DNA from: Escherichia phage EG1
Direction: 5' to 3' (one strand)
DNA length: 39,919 bases
Sequence record: MG488277
Under the pieces are notes generated by a model. It saw only the letters and a program-made list of their open reading frames with translations, did no database searches and had not been told where the DNA came from. The translations under genes were made by a program, and so were the position numbers. This document shows, piece by piece, positions 27,961 through 39,123 of this stretch; the stretch's first letter is position 1; every line of letters starts with the position of its first letter.

Positions 27961-30222
27961 ATGAGTAAGATTGAATCTGCCCTTCAAGCAGCACAACCGG
28001 GACTCTCTCGGTTACGTAGTGGTGCTGGTGGTATGGGCTATCGTGCAGCAACCACTCAGGCTGAACAGCCAAGGTCAAGCCTATTGGACTCCATTGGTCG
28101 ATTCGCTAAGGCTGGTGCCGATATGTATACCGCTAAGGAGCAACGTGCTCGTGATTTAGCTGATGAACGCTCTAACGAGATTATTCGTAAGTTGACTCCT
28201 GAGCAACGCCGAGAGGCTCTCAACAACGGGACCCTTCTGTATCAGGATGACCCATACGCTATGGAAGCACTTCGAGTCAAGACTGGTCGTAACGCTGCGT
28301 ACCTAGTCGATGATGACGTTATGCAGAAGGTCAAAGAGGGTGTCTTCCGTACTCGTGAAGAGATGGAACAGTATCGCCATAGTCGTCTTCAAGAGGGCGC
28401 TAAGGCATACGCTGAGCAGTTCGGGATTGACCCTGAGGATGCTGATTATCAGCGTGGTTTCAATGGAGACATCACCGAGCGTAACATCTCACTATATGGC
28501 GCACACGATAGCTTCCTGAGCCAGCAAGCTCAGAAGGGCGCTGTGATAAACAGTAGGGTTGAACTTAATGGTGTCCTTCAAGACCCTGACATGCTTCGTC
28601 GTCCAGACTCTGCTGACTTCTTTGAGAGCTATATCTCAAACGGATTAGTTACAGGGTCGATACCAAGCGACGCTCAGGCTACACAGTTAATCAGCCAAGC
28701 GTTCAGCGATGCGTCTAATCGCGCTGGTGGTGCTGACTTCTTGATGCGTGTTGGCGACAAGAAGGTAACACTCAACGGAGCCACTACGACCTATAAGGAA
28801 CTAATGGGTGAGGAGCAGTGGAATGCTCTTATGGTGACAGCACAGAGAGCACAATATGACAACGATGCAAAACTGAACGAGAAGTTTCAGCTTGACGTTA
28901 ACTCTGCGTTGTTCGTGGATGACCCTCGTGTTGGCTGGGAGAAGCTCCAAGGCATCAAGGCCGAGCTAGATAAATACCAGCCGGGCGAGCAAATGACCCC
29001 TCAACGCGCAACGCTTATAGAGGCACAGAAGCAACTCAGAGCCAAGATGGTTGAGTGGACTAAGAATGAGGCCAAAGCACTTGATGAGGCTCAGAAGGCT
29101 GATAATAAGTTTAGGGTTATTGATGCTCAGTACCAGAAGCGAATCAATGGAGAGTGGGTCTCTACAGACTTTAAGGACCTACCAACTAACGAGAACACTG
29201 GTGAGTTCAAGCATAGTGATATTGTGAACTACGCTAACAAAAAGCTGGCTGACATCGACGCTATGGACATCCCAGATGGGGCCAAAGATAGACTCAAACT
29301 ACAGTACCTACAATCAGACTCTAAGGACGGGCCTTTCAGGACTGCAATAGGAACGATGGTTCAGGATGCGGCTCAGGAGTGGTCTTCTTCTGTGATGAAT
29401 GGCAAGTTATCGGATAAGACTCCAGCGATGGATGCCTTACGTAGAATCCGCAACGCAGACCCATACCTCATAGCATCACTGTACCCTGAGCAAGCTGAGC
29501 TATTCTTGACAATGGACTTAGCTGACCGACAGGGTGTTGATGTTCAGGAGTTGATTGATGCCGATCGTCAGATTGCCACACGTTCTAAGGAGCAACGATT
29601 CGAAGATGATATAGCCTTTGAGAAATCACTCAATGACTCTAAAGTTCCAGAAATCGTTAACATGCCTACAGAACTTAGGGGACTTGCTCGTAAGATTTAT
29701 GACTCGGTTAAGTATCGGACTAATAACGTCAACATGGCTATGACGGAAATGCAGAAGTTCCTTAAGGAGTCCACTACGACATTTACTGACGATAGCTCAG
29801 ACAGTGATGAAGTCATTGGGGTAATTCCGAGGAACTACCTACAGGTAACTGATGACCCTAAATCTTGGGAGAAAGGTAAGGAGATTATCGACGCTGCCAT
29901 AAAAGGAATCATAGCGGCTAACCCGAGCATGGCTGCTGATAAGATGACCGTCTCGGTAATCGGGAAGTCTATCTATATCATGCCAACTACAGGGACTGGC
30001 CCACGGGTTCGTTATGACAAGGAGATGTTGTCCAAGGTCTGGAAGGACACACAAGAGCGTCTCGCAGTGGAAGCAGTCGAGAAGGCCCGTGATAAAGCTA
30101 TTAAAGATGCAACCAAGCGAGCACCTATAGTTGCCGCTACGAAAGCTCGCGAAGCTGCTGCTAAACGAGTGCGAGAGAAACGTAAACAGACTCCTAAGTT
30201 CATCTACGGACGCAAGGAGTAA
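27961..30222 (+). CDS. 15: Internal core protein gp15
   Basis: 753 aa. Confidence 0.9.
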   Translation: MSKIESALQAAQPGLSRLRSGAGGMGYRAATTQAEQPRSSLLDSIGRFAKAGADMYTAKEQRARDLADERSNEIIRKLTPEQRREALNNGTLLYQDDPYAMEALRVKTGRNAAYLVDDDVMQKVKEGVFRTREEMEQYRHSRLQEGAKAYAEQFGIDPEDADYQRGFNGDITERNISLYGAHDSFLSQQAQKGAVINSRVELNGVLQDPDMLRRPDSADFFESYISNGLVTGSIPSDAQATQLISQAFSDASNRAGGADFLMRVGDKKVTLNGATTTYKELMGEEQWNALMVTAQRAQYDNDAKLNEKFQLDVNSALFVDDPRVGWEKLQGIKAELDKYQPGEQMTPQRATLIEAQKQLRAKMVEWTKNEAKALDEAQKADNKFRVIDAQYQKRINGEWVSTDFKDLPTNENTGEFKHSDIVNYANKKLADIDAMDIPDGAKDRLKLQYLQSDSKDGPFRTAIGTMVQDAAQEWSSSVMNGKLSDKTPAMDALRRIRNADPYLIASLYPEQAELFLTMDLADRQGVDVQELIDADRQIATRSKEQRFEDDIAFEKSLNDSKVPEIVNMPTELRGLARKIYDSVKYRTNNVNMAMTEMQKFLKESTTTFTDDSSDSDEVIGVIPRNYLQVTDDPKSWEKGKEIIDAAIKGIIAANPSMAADKMTVSVIGKSIYIMPTTGTGPRVRYDKEMLSKVWKDTQERLAVEAVEKARDKAIKDATKRAPIVAATKAREAAAKRVREKRKQTPKFIYGRKE

Positions 30223-30248
30223 CTAAAGGCTACATAAGGAGGCCCTAA

Positions 30249-33200
30249 ATGGATAAGTACGATAAGAACGTACCAAGTGATTATGACGGTCTGTTCCAGA
30301 AGGCGGCTGATGCCAACGGGGTCTCTTATGACCTTTTACGTAAAGTCGCTTGGACAGAATCACGTTTTCAGCCTACAGCTAAGTCTAAGACTGGCCCTCT
30401 AGGAATGATGCAGTTCACAAAAGCTACAGCCAAAGCGATGGGACTTAATGTCACCGATGGTCCTGATGATGACCGACTGGTTCCAGAGTTGTCTATCAAT
30501 GCTGCTGCCAAACATCTTGCTGAGTTGGTGAATAAATTCGACGGAGATGAACTTAAGGCTGCACTTGCATATAACCAAGGTGAGGGGAGACTAGGTGCTC
30601 CCCAGCTTGAGGCATACACGAAAGGTGACTTCTCAGCCATATCCGAAGAGGGACGTAACTACATGCGCAACCTTATGGATGTGGCTAGGTCGCCCATGAG
30701 TGGTCAGTTGGAAGCATTCGGAGGCATTACCCCAAAGGGTAAAGGTATCCCTTCTGATGTGGGTTTAGGAGACATTAAGGTCGAAGGGAAGCGTAAAGTA
30801 ACGGATGTGCTGCCAGAGTCTACTGGATTGAACATTAAAGGAATCGAACAGGAGGCCCCAGCGAAATCATTCGCTACTGACTTTTGGGACCATCATAAAC
30901 AGGAACTATCAGAGTATGACGCACGCTCAACCTTCTTCGGATTCAAAAAAGATGTTGACGCTGAAATCCACAACTCAGTCCTCGGAATGGCTTTCCGTGC
31001 TGGTCGTCTCGATAATAGTTTTGATGTGTTTAAAGATGTTATTACGCCTACGCGTTGGAACTCTTATGTACCCACTCAAGAGGATTTGGAGAAACTTCGC
31101 AACTCAGGACTCCCGCCGAGCTACTATGGTGTAGTCACTGGTGGAGACGCTGAGACTTGGGATGACCTAATCAAACTAGCCAAAGAGAACTATGAGAAGG
31201 ACCTACAGAGAGCCGATTCAGGTATAGGAGCACAGCTTGCAGCTGGTGTTATTGGTGCGGCTTTCGACCCTCTCTCATATGTTCCGTTGGTCGGTGTAAC
31301 AGGTAAGGGCTTTAAGTTAATCAATAAGGCTCTTGTGGTGGGCGCTCAGAGTGCTGCAATAAACGCAGCCTCCGAAGGATTGCGGACATCTATAGTCGGT
31401 GGGGAGGCTCACTACACAGGGGCCATACTTGGTGGCCTTATGTTCGGGGCCGGTATGTCAGCTATAAGTGATGCAGTCTCCTCTGCCATTAGACGTGGTA
31501 AACCAGAAGCTGAGTTCAACAATGAGTTCGTTGGGCCGTTAATGCGAATGGAAGCTCGCGAGACTGCCTTTAACGCTAACTCTGAGGACTTGTCTAAGAT
31601 GAACACAGACGGCATCAAATTCGACCGAGAGTACGGTGGGGTTAGCTACGCACCACTGGATACCGAGCCGGGTGCAGTCGTACTACCTCAAGGTCAAATC
31701 CTTAGCGACACGAACCCACTGAACCCACAGACCCTCAGTGAGTTTGAGGCGATAAATCCTGAGCGCGCAGCCAGAGGTATCTCCTTAGGTGGGTTCACTG
31801 AGATTGGCTATAAGACACATCGCTCTGATAACGCAACTGTTCGCTCCATTGCAAGTGACTTAGTACGCTCTCCGACCGGTATGGAATCAGGTTCTAATGG
31901 TAAGTTTGGCTCGACAGCTGATGACATCCACAGTAGGCTATCATCTAACGATAACCGAGACTGGAACTTATATTATGACAAAATGATGGAAGTCATGAAG
32001 GACCCTGAGTTCACAGTGGGTGCTCCCAAGATGAGCAAAGCAGAGGCCGTTGAGTTCATCGACCGTAAAATTGCTCTTGCTATCGAGCATCCTGAAATGC
32101 AGGCCAACTTGTCTCCTAAAGAGCTAGACCTGATGCGCCACGTTAAGGGTCACTACGATCTCAAGCGTGAGCTTATGGAAAACCCTGCTGTGTTTGGTAA
32201 TCCAAAGGCGGTTAGCATCTTCCCTGGAAGTCGCAACAAAGGTACATACATTCCACGAGTGTATGACACCCAATCAAAGAATTTATATATTCAGCGTTTG
32301 GGGAGTCGCGAGGCTCTACAGGAGGCTATAGCTGAAAGTTCCCTTGCGTCCTACTATCTGCGTCCAGAAGTTAAGGCGCGTATCGACGAGCACCTGATGG
32401 AAGTTAACGGACTTAAGTCAGCTAAAGATGTAACACATGAAATGGTCCGAAAGTATGCTATGGACAAGGCATATGGTATCTCCCATACAGACCAGTTCTC
32501 AGCGTCTTCTATTGTTGATGAAAATATCACAGGTCTTGTTGGTATTGAGAATAATAACTTTTTGGAATCACGTAACCTCTTTGATACTGACGTACCAACT
32601 ACACTGCCTGATGGCTCTAGTTTCTCCGTAGATGACATTCGAGTGTTCAGCCAGCGTATCCTTATGCCAGCATATGACCGTCGTGTGAATGGTGATATTG
32701 CTATCATGGGTAGCTCTGGTAAAACTACCAAGGAACTCAAGGATGAAATTATGGAACTAAGTAAGCAGGCAGAAGGTAATGGGCAGCTGAAGGGTGAAGT
32801 AGAAGCTCTTAAGGATACCGTGAAGATTCTAACTGGTCGCGCTCGTCGCAGCCCAGAAGGTGCTTTAGAGACAGCTTTACGTTCTCTGAACGACCTGACG
32901 TTCTTCGCCAAGAACTTCTACATGCCCCTCCAGAACTTCACGGAGATAGGCGCTATGTTGATCAAAGGTAATGTCTCTGCGGTGACTCATGGAATCCCTA
33001 TGATTAACGACTGGGTTAACCGTAGGAAACCAATGCGAGCCTCTGAGATTAAAGAACTCCACAGTATGGTGTTCGGGAAGGAACTCGACCAGTTAATGCG
33101 CCCTAGTCGTGAAGATCACATTCGCAGACTTCGGGAGTCTACAGACACCAACGCTGTGTTGGCTAATGTAGTTGGTACTCTTCGTTTCGGTACTCAGGAG

Positions 33201-34223
33201 TTAGCGGCTCGCTCCCCGTGGACGGTTATGCTAAATGGCACCACTAACTACATCATTGACGCTGCCCGTCAAGGTGTCCTTGGGGATATTGCAAGTGCAG
33301 TATTATCAGGGACTGGTGCTAAGTTTGGTAAGGCAAATTATCTTAAGTCTGCATCAATAAGTCCTGAGCAGTGGAATGGTATCAAGCAACTATTTCGAGA
33401 CCACGCCACTCGTGATTCTAGCGGTAAGTTCACAATCAGGGACAAAAGAGCGTTCACCTATGACCCTCGCACAATGGACCTGTGGAGACTTGCTGACAAA
33501 GTTGCAGGTGAGACAATCATGCGGCCGCACAAGATTTCCTCACAGGACTCAGTTGCGTATGGGGCAGGTGTTAAGATGGTGATGCAGTTTAAGAACTTTG
33601 TCATTAAGTCTCTTAACGCCAGATTCGTGCGTAGCTTCTATGAGGCCACGAAGAACAACCGTGCGTTAGACCAAGCGTTAACTCACATTGTTTCCTGTGG
33701 TCTAGCTGGCGGCTACTTCGTTGGGCAAGCACACCTAAAGGCAGCATCCTTACAGGAGGACAAACGTAAGGAGTACCTTAAGATCGCTCTTGACCCGAAG
33801 ATGATTGCTCATGCGGCTATCTCTCGTAGCTCGCATTTAGGTTCGCCACTTAGCATCTACGATATGATCGCTGGGGTGTTTGGTGATGACACCTATAAGT
33901 ACACACGCTCAACGGTACTGCCTAAGCAGCCAGAAGAACGCGATCGCACAAAAGCGGTCACAGGTCGACAGGTGACTGGTATGATTAGTGGTGCTTTAGG
34001 TGATCAGATTCCTGCTTTGGGGTTCGCAGGGCAGGTCGGTGGTACGGCGCTTAATGCTGTGTCACTATTGAAGGCCCCAAACAAGGCTACCGAGATGGAG
34101 TTCCGTACAGGAATGTTTAATACCATGCGTGAGATTGTCCCAAACGACCCTATCACGCAGCAACTCATTATGAAAATTTATGAGGCCAATGGTATATACG
34201 TTCGGGAGACGCCTAGGAAATAA
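30249..34223 (+). CDS. 16: Internal core protein gp16 with N-terminal lytic transglycosylase domain
   Basis: 1324 aa; N-terminus ...AWTESRFQPTAKSKTGPLGMMQF... typical SLT motif. Confidence 0.95.
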   Translation: MDKYDKNVPSDYDGLFQKAADANGVSYDLLRKVAWTESRFQPTAKSKTGPLGMMQFTKATAKAMGLNVTDGPDDDRLVPELSINAAAKHLAELVNKFDGDELKAALAYNQGEGRLGAPQLEAYTKGDFSAISEEGRNYMRNLMDVARSPMSGQLEAFGGITPKGKGIPSDVGLGDIKVEGKRKVTDVLPESTGLNIKGIEQEAPAKSFATDFWDHHKQELSEYDARSTFFGFKKDVDAEIHNSVLGMAFRAGRLDNSFDVFKDVITPTRWNSYVPTQEDLEKLRNSGLPPSYYGVVTGGDAETWDDLIKLAKENYEKDLQRADSGIGAQLAAGVIGAAFDPLSYVPLVGVTGKGFKLINKALVVGAQSAAINAASEGLRTSIVGGEAHYTGAILGGLMFGAGMSAISDAVSSAIRRGKPEAEFNNEFVGPLMRMEARETAFNANSEDLSKMNTDGIKFDREYGGVSYAPLDTEPGAVVLPQGQILSDTNPLNPQTLSEFEAINPERAARGISLGGFTEIGYKTHRSDNATVRSIASDLVRSPTGMESGSNGKFGSTADDIHSRLSSNDNRDWNLYYDKMMEVMKDPEFTVGAPKMSKAEAVEFIDRKIALAIEHPEMQANLSPKELDLMRHVKGHYDLKRELMENPAVFGNPKAVSIFPGSRNKGTYIPRVYDTQSKNLYIQRLGSREALQEAIAESSLASYYLRPEVKARIDEHLMEVNGLKSAKDVTHEMVRKYAMDKAYGISHTDQFSASSIVDENITGLVGIENNNFLESRNLFDTDVPTTLPDGSSFSVDDIRVFSQRILMPAYDRRVNGDIAIMGSSGKTTKELKDEIMELSKQAEGNGQLKGEVEALKDTVKILTGRARRSPEGALETALRSLNDLTFFAKNFYMPLQNFTEIGAMLIKGNVSAVTHGIPMINDWVNRRKPMRASEIKELHSMVFGKELDQLMRPSREDHIRRLRESTDTNAVLANVVGTLRFGTQELAARSPWTVMLNGTTNYIIDAARQGVLGDIASAVLSGTGAKFGKANYLKSASISPEQWNGIKQLFRDHATRDSSGKFTIRDKRAFTYDPRTMDLWRLADKVAGETIMRPHKISSQDSVAYGAGVKMVMQFKNFVIKSLNARFVRSFYEATKNNRALDQALTHIVSCGLAGGYFVGQAHLKAASLQEDKRKEYLKIALDPKMIAHAAISRSSHLGSPLSIYDMIAGVFGDDTYKYTRSTVLPKQPEERDRTKAVTGRQVTGMISGALGDQIPALGFAGQVGGTALNAVSLLKAPNKATEMEFRTGMFNTMREIVPNDPITQQLIMKIYEANGIYVRETPRK

Positions 34224-34243
34224 TACGACTCACTATAGGGAGA
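34221..34243 (+). promoter_or_regulatory. phi17: T7-RNAP class III promoter phi17
   Basis: taatacgactcactataGGGAGA. Confidence 0.95.
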
Positions 34244-34298
34244 GGTGAAAGAATCTTCTCCCTTTAGTAGTCTCTTAGATTTACTTTAAGGAGGTCAA

Positions 34299-36287
34299 AT
34301 GGCTAACGTAATTAAAACCGTTTTGACTTACCCGTTAGATGGCTCAAATCGTGATTTTAATATTCCGTTTGAGTATCTAGCCCGTAAGTTCGTAGTGGTA
34401 ACTCTTATTGGTGTTGACCGTAAGGTCCTTACACTCAATACAGATTATCGCTTTGCTACGCGCACTACTATCTCGCTGACAAAATCTTGGGGTACAGCTG
34501 ATGGCTACACGACCATCGAGTTACGCCGAGTAACCTCCACGACCGACCGCTTGGTTGACTTTACGGACGGCTCAATCCTCCGTGCGTATGACCTTAACGT
34601 TGCTCAGATTCAAACGATGCACGTAGCGGAGGAGGCGCGTGACCTGACTGCTGATACAATCGGTGTCAATAATAACGGTCACTTGGATGCCCGTGGTCGT
34701 AAGATTGTTAACTTGGCGTATGCCACAGGTGACTATGATGCCGTCCCTTTAAAGCAGGTTAAAGAGCGTGAAACCTCTGCGTGGAATGCCGCAACAAAAG
34801 CTAACGAACACGCTGACCGTTCTAATAGGGAAGCAAACCGTTCCCGTGATGAGGCCAACCGCGCTCAACGTGAAGCTGACCGCTCAACGCAACAGGCAGA
34901 TGTCTCTAAGCAACAGGCAGTTGAGTCCAAGAAGCAAGCTGACCGCTCAGACGCTGAGGCTGACAGAGCTAAAGGTTATGCTGATAGCATGATCGCAAGT
35001 GTCGCTGAGGCCGAGAAGCAAGCTGACCGTGCCGACTCTGAGGCAAATCGTGCCCGTGATGAGGCCAATCGTGCTGCCGGAGAAGTGACTAAAGCTGCTG
35101 CTGAGGTTGCCAAGGCTGCTGCACATGTTGAGACCGCTAAGGGACATGCTGATAGGGCTAACACTGAGGCAAACCGCTCCAAAGGTGAGGCTGACCGTGC
35201 TAAGTCTGAGGCAGACAAGCTGGGGAATATGAACAGCTTAGCTGGGGCCATTGACAGGGTTGAGGATAGTGATGTTTACTTTAAAGGCAAGGTAGGCTCT
35301 CGTGTTTTAACGCTCCACAATGATGCTAAAGGCGCTGACACACAACCAGTTGATTTAGTATGGAATCAGTGGCGTGGACAGAACGCTAAGGATACCGTAT
35401 GGGAACAGTGGATTCAGGCTGGTACAAAACGCATGGACTTCTATGTGTTCAACAATACAGACCCTGCCACATGGCCTGAAGGACGCTCTAATGGTCATGG
35501 TCGTCATGACTTCTATGGAGGATTCCACTCTCACCATGACTCCAGATTCTACCAGAACGTCTCTATGGATGGGTACCTTCGAGTCTCTAAGTATATTAGG
35601 ACTGACGAGAGATTCTACACTGAGTCAACTTATGGGTCAGGAGCGTTCGCAAACCAATTGAACAATAATGCCCCTTACTCTCAAAGCCTCCCTGGAAATC
35701 AGGACGGTAACGTATACTACCCTATGATTAAACAATATGGTAGACGCTCGAATGGTTATCCGGCGGCATTCTCCATCGGTATGGTATCAAAGGGCAACAA
35801 CAACTTCCACGAGGGTATTATCCAACTCAAAGGGGATGGTACGAATGAACATGCCCTTACAATTACCATTCATGGCCAATTGTCGAGCAATAAGGGTTGG
35901 TTTATTCCACCAGATGGCAACCTGTACATCAACAAGTACAACTCGTATATTGATGCGTGGGTCAACAAACGCCTTGATGAACATATCTATAACAAAAGTA
36001 CCGCCGATGGTCGTTATATTCGCAAGAATGCTGGGTGGAGTGAAGTGTGGAAGGGGACCGCTGGTGGTGGGGTATCCGTATCTCTATCTCAAGATGTTCG
36101 TTGGAGAACCATCTGGATTCAGACCAACGGTCGCTGGAACCCTGTAGAGATTGGGGACGATGGTGCCTACTATATTTCCTCTATGGGTGGGTGGCTGACA
36201 TTCACTATCTCCAACGGCGGTCGAACCTTCAAGAATGACAGAGATGAGAGATCTGTACCAACTCGCATTCTGGTGCGTAACAACTAA
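34299..36287 (+). CDS. 17: Tail fibre protein (gene 17)
   Basis: 662 aa; N-terminal ~150 aa and C-terminal tip match T7 gp17, middle coiled coil and distal domain diverge. Confidence 0.95.
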   Translation: MANVIKTVLTYPLDGSNRDFNIPFEYLARKFVVVTLIGVDRKVLTLNTDYRFATRTTISLTKSWGTADGYTTIELRRVTSTTDRLVDFTDGSILRAYDLNVAQIQTMHVAEEARDLTADTIGVNNNGHLDARGRKIVNLAYATGDYDAVPLKQVKERETSAWNAATKANEHADRSNREANRSRDEANRAQREADRSTQQADVSKQQAVESKKQADRSDAEADRAKGYADSMIASVAEAEKQADRADSEANRARDEANRAAGEVTKAAAEVAKAAAHVETAKGHADRANTEANRSKGEADRAKSEADKLGNMNSLAGAIDRVEDSDVYFKGKVGSRVLTLHNDAKGADTQPVDLVWNQWRGQNAKDTVWEQWIQAGTKRMDFYVFNNTDPATWPEGRSNGHGRHDFYGGFHSHHDSRFYQNVSMDGYLRVSKYIRTDERFYTESTYGSGAFANQLNNNAPYSQSLPGNQDGNVYYPMIKQYGRRSNGYPAAFSIGMVSKGNNNFHEGIIQLKGDGTNEHALTITIHGQLSSNKGWFIPPDGNLYINKYNSYIDAWVNKRLDEHIYNKSTADGRYIRKNAGWSEVWKGTAGGGVSVSLSQDVRWRTIWIQTNGRWNPVEIGDDGAYYISSMGGWLTFTISNGGRTFKNDRDERSVPTRILVRNN

Positions 36288-36334
36288 TTGATTACCAATA
36301 GTCCACGGATGGACTCTTTGAGGGAGGACGCTAT

Positions 36335-36538
36335 ATGTTGTCTTTAGATTTTAATAATGAGTTAGTCAAGGCCGCACCTATTGTTGGCACTGGTGTGGCT
36401 GATGGCGCTGCGAGGCTTTTCTTCGGTCTGAGTCTTAATGAGTGGTTCTACGTTGCCGCTATCGCCTACACAGTGGTTCAGATTGGTGCCAAGGTAGTCG
36501 ATACGATGATTGACTGGAAGAAAGCCAATAAGGAGTAA
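36335..36538 (+). CDS. 17.5: Class II holin (gene 17.5)
   Basis: 67 aa MLSLDFNNELVKAAPIVGTGVADGAARLFFGLSLNEWFYVAAIAYTVVQIGAKVVD... Confidence 0.9.
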   Translation: MLSLDFNNELVKAAPIVGTGVADGAARLFFGLSLNEWFYVAAIAYTVVQIGAKVVDTMIDWKKANKE

Positions 36539-36543
36539 TATGT

Positions 36544-36813
36544 ATGGAAAAAGATAAGAGCCTCATTACGTTCTTAGAGATGTTGGACACTGCGATGGCT
36601 CAACGTATGCTTGCGGACCTTTCGGACCCTGAGCGTCGTTCTCCGCAACTCTACAACGCCATCAATAAACTGTTAGACCGCCACAAGTTCCAGATTGGTA
36701 AGTTGCAGCCGGATGTTCACATCTTGGGCGGCCTTGCTGGTGCTCTTGAAGAGTACAAAGAGAAAGTCGGTGACAACGGTCTTACGGATGACGATATTTA
36801 CACATTACAGTGA
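36544..36813 (+). CDS. 18: Terminase small subunit (gene 18)
   Basis: 89 aa. Confidence 0.9.
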   Translation: MEKDKSLITFLEMLDTAMAQRMLADLSDPERRSPQLYNAINKLLDRHKFQIGKLQPDVHILGGLAGALEEYKEKVGDNGLTDDDIYTLQ

Positions 36814-36860
36814 TATACTCAAGGCCACTACCTATAGTGGTCTTTATGGATGTCATTGTC
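36810..36860 (+). promoter_or_regulatory. R18.5: RNase III site R18.5
   Basis: gtgatatactcaaggccactacctatagtggtctttatggatgtcattg. Confidence 0.65.
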
Positions 36861-36907
36861 TATACGAGATGCTCCTACGTGAAATCTGAAATTTAACGGG
36901 AGGCATT

Positions 36908-37354
36908 ATGCTGCAATTTTTACGTAATCTAATCCCTTGGGTTCTCGCTGGGATGCTATTCGGATGGGGATGGCACCTTGGGGCGGACTCAATGGACGCC
37001 AAGTGGAAACAGGAGGTACAGAATGAGTACGTTAAGAGAGTTGAGGCTACAGCGAGCACTCAAAGAGCGCTCAATGAAATATCGGCTAAGTATCAGGAAG
37101 ACCTTGCCGCGTTGGAAGGGAGCACTGATAGGATTATTTCTGATTTGCGTAGCGACAATAAGCGGTTGCGCGTCAGAGTCAAAACTACCGGAACCTCCGA
37201 TGGTAAGTGTGGATTCGAGCCTGATGGTCGAGCCGAACTTGACGACCGAGATGCTAAAAGTATTCTCGCAGTGACCCAACGGGGTGACGCTTGGATTCGT
37301 GCCCTACAGGACACTATACGAGAACTACAACATAAGCAGGAGGTTAAACAATGA
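36908..37354 (+). CDS. 18.5: Rz-like i-spanin (gene 18.5)
   Basis: 148 aa, N-terminal TM segment then coiled-coil region. Confidence 0.9.
   Translation: MLQFLRNLIPWVLAGMLFGWGWHLGADSMDAKWKQEVQNEYVKRVEATASTQRALNEISAKYQEDLAALEGSTDRIISDLRSDNKRLRVRVKTTGTSDGKCGFEPDGRAELDDRDAKSILAVTQRGDAWIRALQDTIRELQHKQEVKQ
37023..37274 (+). CDS. 18.7: Rz1-like o-spanin lipoprotein embedded in 18.5 (gene 18.7)
   Basis: 83 aa from MSTLRELRL...; lipobox [10 protein letters not shown] then Pro-rich mature part. Confidence 0.75.
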   Translation: MSTLRELRLQRALKERSMKYRLSIRKTLPRWKGALIGLFLICVATISGCASESKLPEPPMVSVDSSLMVEPNLTTEMLKVFSQ

Positions 37355-39123
37355 GGAAAGGTACATCCGCTCAGTCCAATCGTAATGCGCTCGTTGTGGC
37401 GCAACTAAAGGGCGACTTCGTGGCGTTCCTGTTCGTCTTATGGAAGGCGTTAAATCTACCAGTGCCCACTAAGTGCCAAATAGACATGGCTAAGGTGCTG
37501 GCGAATGGGGACAACAAGAAGTTCATCCTACAGGCTTTCCGTGGTATCGGTAAGTCATTCATCACCTGTGCGTTCGTTGTGTGGTCATTATGGAGAGACC
37601 CTCAGTTGAAGATACTTATCGTATCAGCCTCTAAGGAACGTGCAGACGCTAACTCCATATTCATCAAGAACATCATTGACCTACTGCCGTTTCTCAGTGA
37701 GTTGAAGCCGAGACCCGGACAGCGTGACTCTGTGATTAGTTTTGATGTTGGTCCTGCTAGTCCTGACCACTCGCCTAGTGTGAAATCAGTGGGTATCACC
37801 GGCCAGTTAACTGGTAGCCGTGCTGATATTATCATTGCGGATGACGTTGAGATTCCGTCTAACAGTGCGACTATGGGTGCCCGTGAGAAGCTATGGACTC
37901 TCGTTCAGGAGTTCGCTGCATTACTTAAACCACTGCCTTCTTCTCGTGTTATCTATCTTGGTACACCTCAAACTGAGATGACTCTCTATAAGGAACTTGA
38001 AGATAACCGTGGGTACACCACTATCATCTGGCCTGCTCTATACCCAAGGACTCGTGAGGAGAACCTCTACTACTCTCAGCGTCTGGCCCCAATGCTCCGT
38101 GCGGAGTACGAGGAGAATCCTGAGGCGCTGGCTGGTACTCCTACAGACCCTGTTCGATTCGACAGAGACGACCTACGTGAGCGTGAGTTGGAATACGGTA
38201 AGGCTGGCTTTACGTTACAGTTCATGCTTAACCCGAACCTGAGTGATGCCGAGAAGTACCCTCTGAGGCTCCGTGACGCTATCGTAGCGGCCTTAGACTT
38301 AGAGAAAGCACCAATGCATTACCAGTGGCTTCCGAACCGTCAGAACATCATTGAGGACCTTCCTAACGTGGGTCTTAAGGGTGATGACCTGCATACATAC
38401 CATGAGTGCTCAAATAACTCTGGTCAGTATCAGCAGAAGATTCTGGTCATTGACCCCAGTGGTCGCGGTAAGGACGAAACAGGTTACGCTGTGCTGTATA
38501 CCCTCAACGGTTACATCTACCTCATGGAAGCTGGTGGTTTCCGTGATGGTTACTCCGATAAGACCCTTGAGCTACTCGCTAAGAAAGCTAAGCAATGGGG
38601 AGTCCAGACGGTTGTCTATGAGAGTAACTTCGGTGACGGTATGTTTGGTAAGGTATTCAGTCCTATCCTGCTAAAACACCACAACTGTGCTATGGAAGAG
38701 ATTCGTGCTCGTGGTATGAAGGAGATGCGCATTTGTGATACCCTTGAGCCAGTCATGCAGACTCACCGCCTTGTCATTCGCGATGAGGTCATTCGGGCAG
38801 ACTATCAGTCCGCTCGCGATGTAGACGGTAAGCATGACGTTAAGTATTCACTATTCTACCAGATGACTCGTATCACTCGTGAGAAAGGCGCTCTGGCACA
38901 CGATGACCGATTGGATGCCCTTGCGTTAGGCATTGAGTATCTCCGTGAGTCCATGCAGTTGGATTCCGTTAAGGTCGAAGGTGAAGTGCTTGCTGACTTC
39001 CTTGAAGAACACATGATGCGTCCTACGGTCTCTGCTACGCATATCATTGAGATGTCTGTAGGAGGAGTTGATGTGTACTCTGAGGACGATGAGGGATACG
39101 GTACATCTTTCATTGAGTGGTGA
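37351..39123 (+). CDS. 19: Terminase large subunit (gene 19)
   Basis: 590 aa. Confidence 0.95.
   Translation: MRKGTSAQSNRNALVVAQLKGDFVAFLFVLWKALNLPVPTKCQIDMAKVLANGDNKKFILQAFRGIGKSFITCAFVVWSLWRDPQLKILIVSASKERADANSIFIKNIIDLLPFLSELKPRPGQRDSVISFDVGPASPDHSPSVKSVGITGQLTGSRADIIIADDVEIPSNSATMGAREKLWTLVQEFAALLKPLPSSRVIYLGTPQTEMTLYKELEDNRGYTTIIWPALYPRTREENLYYSQRLAPMLRAEYEENPEALAGTPTDPVRFDRDDLRERELEYGKAGFTLQFMLNPNLSDAEKYPLRLRDAIVAALDLEKAPMHYQWLPNRQNIIEDLPNVGLKGDDLHTYHECSNNSGQYQQKILVIDPSGRGKDETGYAVLYTLNGYIYLMEAGGFRDGYSDKTLELLAKKAKQWGVQTVVYESNFGDGMFGKVFSPILLKHHNCAMEEIRARGMKEMRICDTLEPVMQTHRLVIRDEVIRADYQSARDVDGKHDVKYSLFYQMTRITREKGALAHDDRLDALALGIEYLRESMQLDSVKVEGEVLADFLEEHMMRPTVSATHIIEMSVGGVDVYSEDDEGYGTSFIEW
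37997..38242 (+). CDS. Embedded alternative-frame ORF at the T7 gene 19.2 position
   Basis: 81-aa ORF whose start sits at the T7 19.2 start after applying the local offset; no independent support. Confidence 0.25.
   Translation: MKITVGTPLSSGLLYTQGLVRRTSTTLSVWPQCSVRSTRRILRRWLVLLQTLFDSTETTYVSVSWNTVRLALRYSSCLTRT

Noticed and set aside
38351-38674. 107-aa alternative-frame ORF inside gene 19 as a possible gene 19.3
   Set aside because: Coordinates do not match the T7 19.3 position after offset correction; no RBS seen
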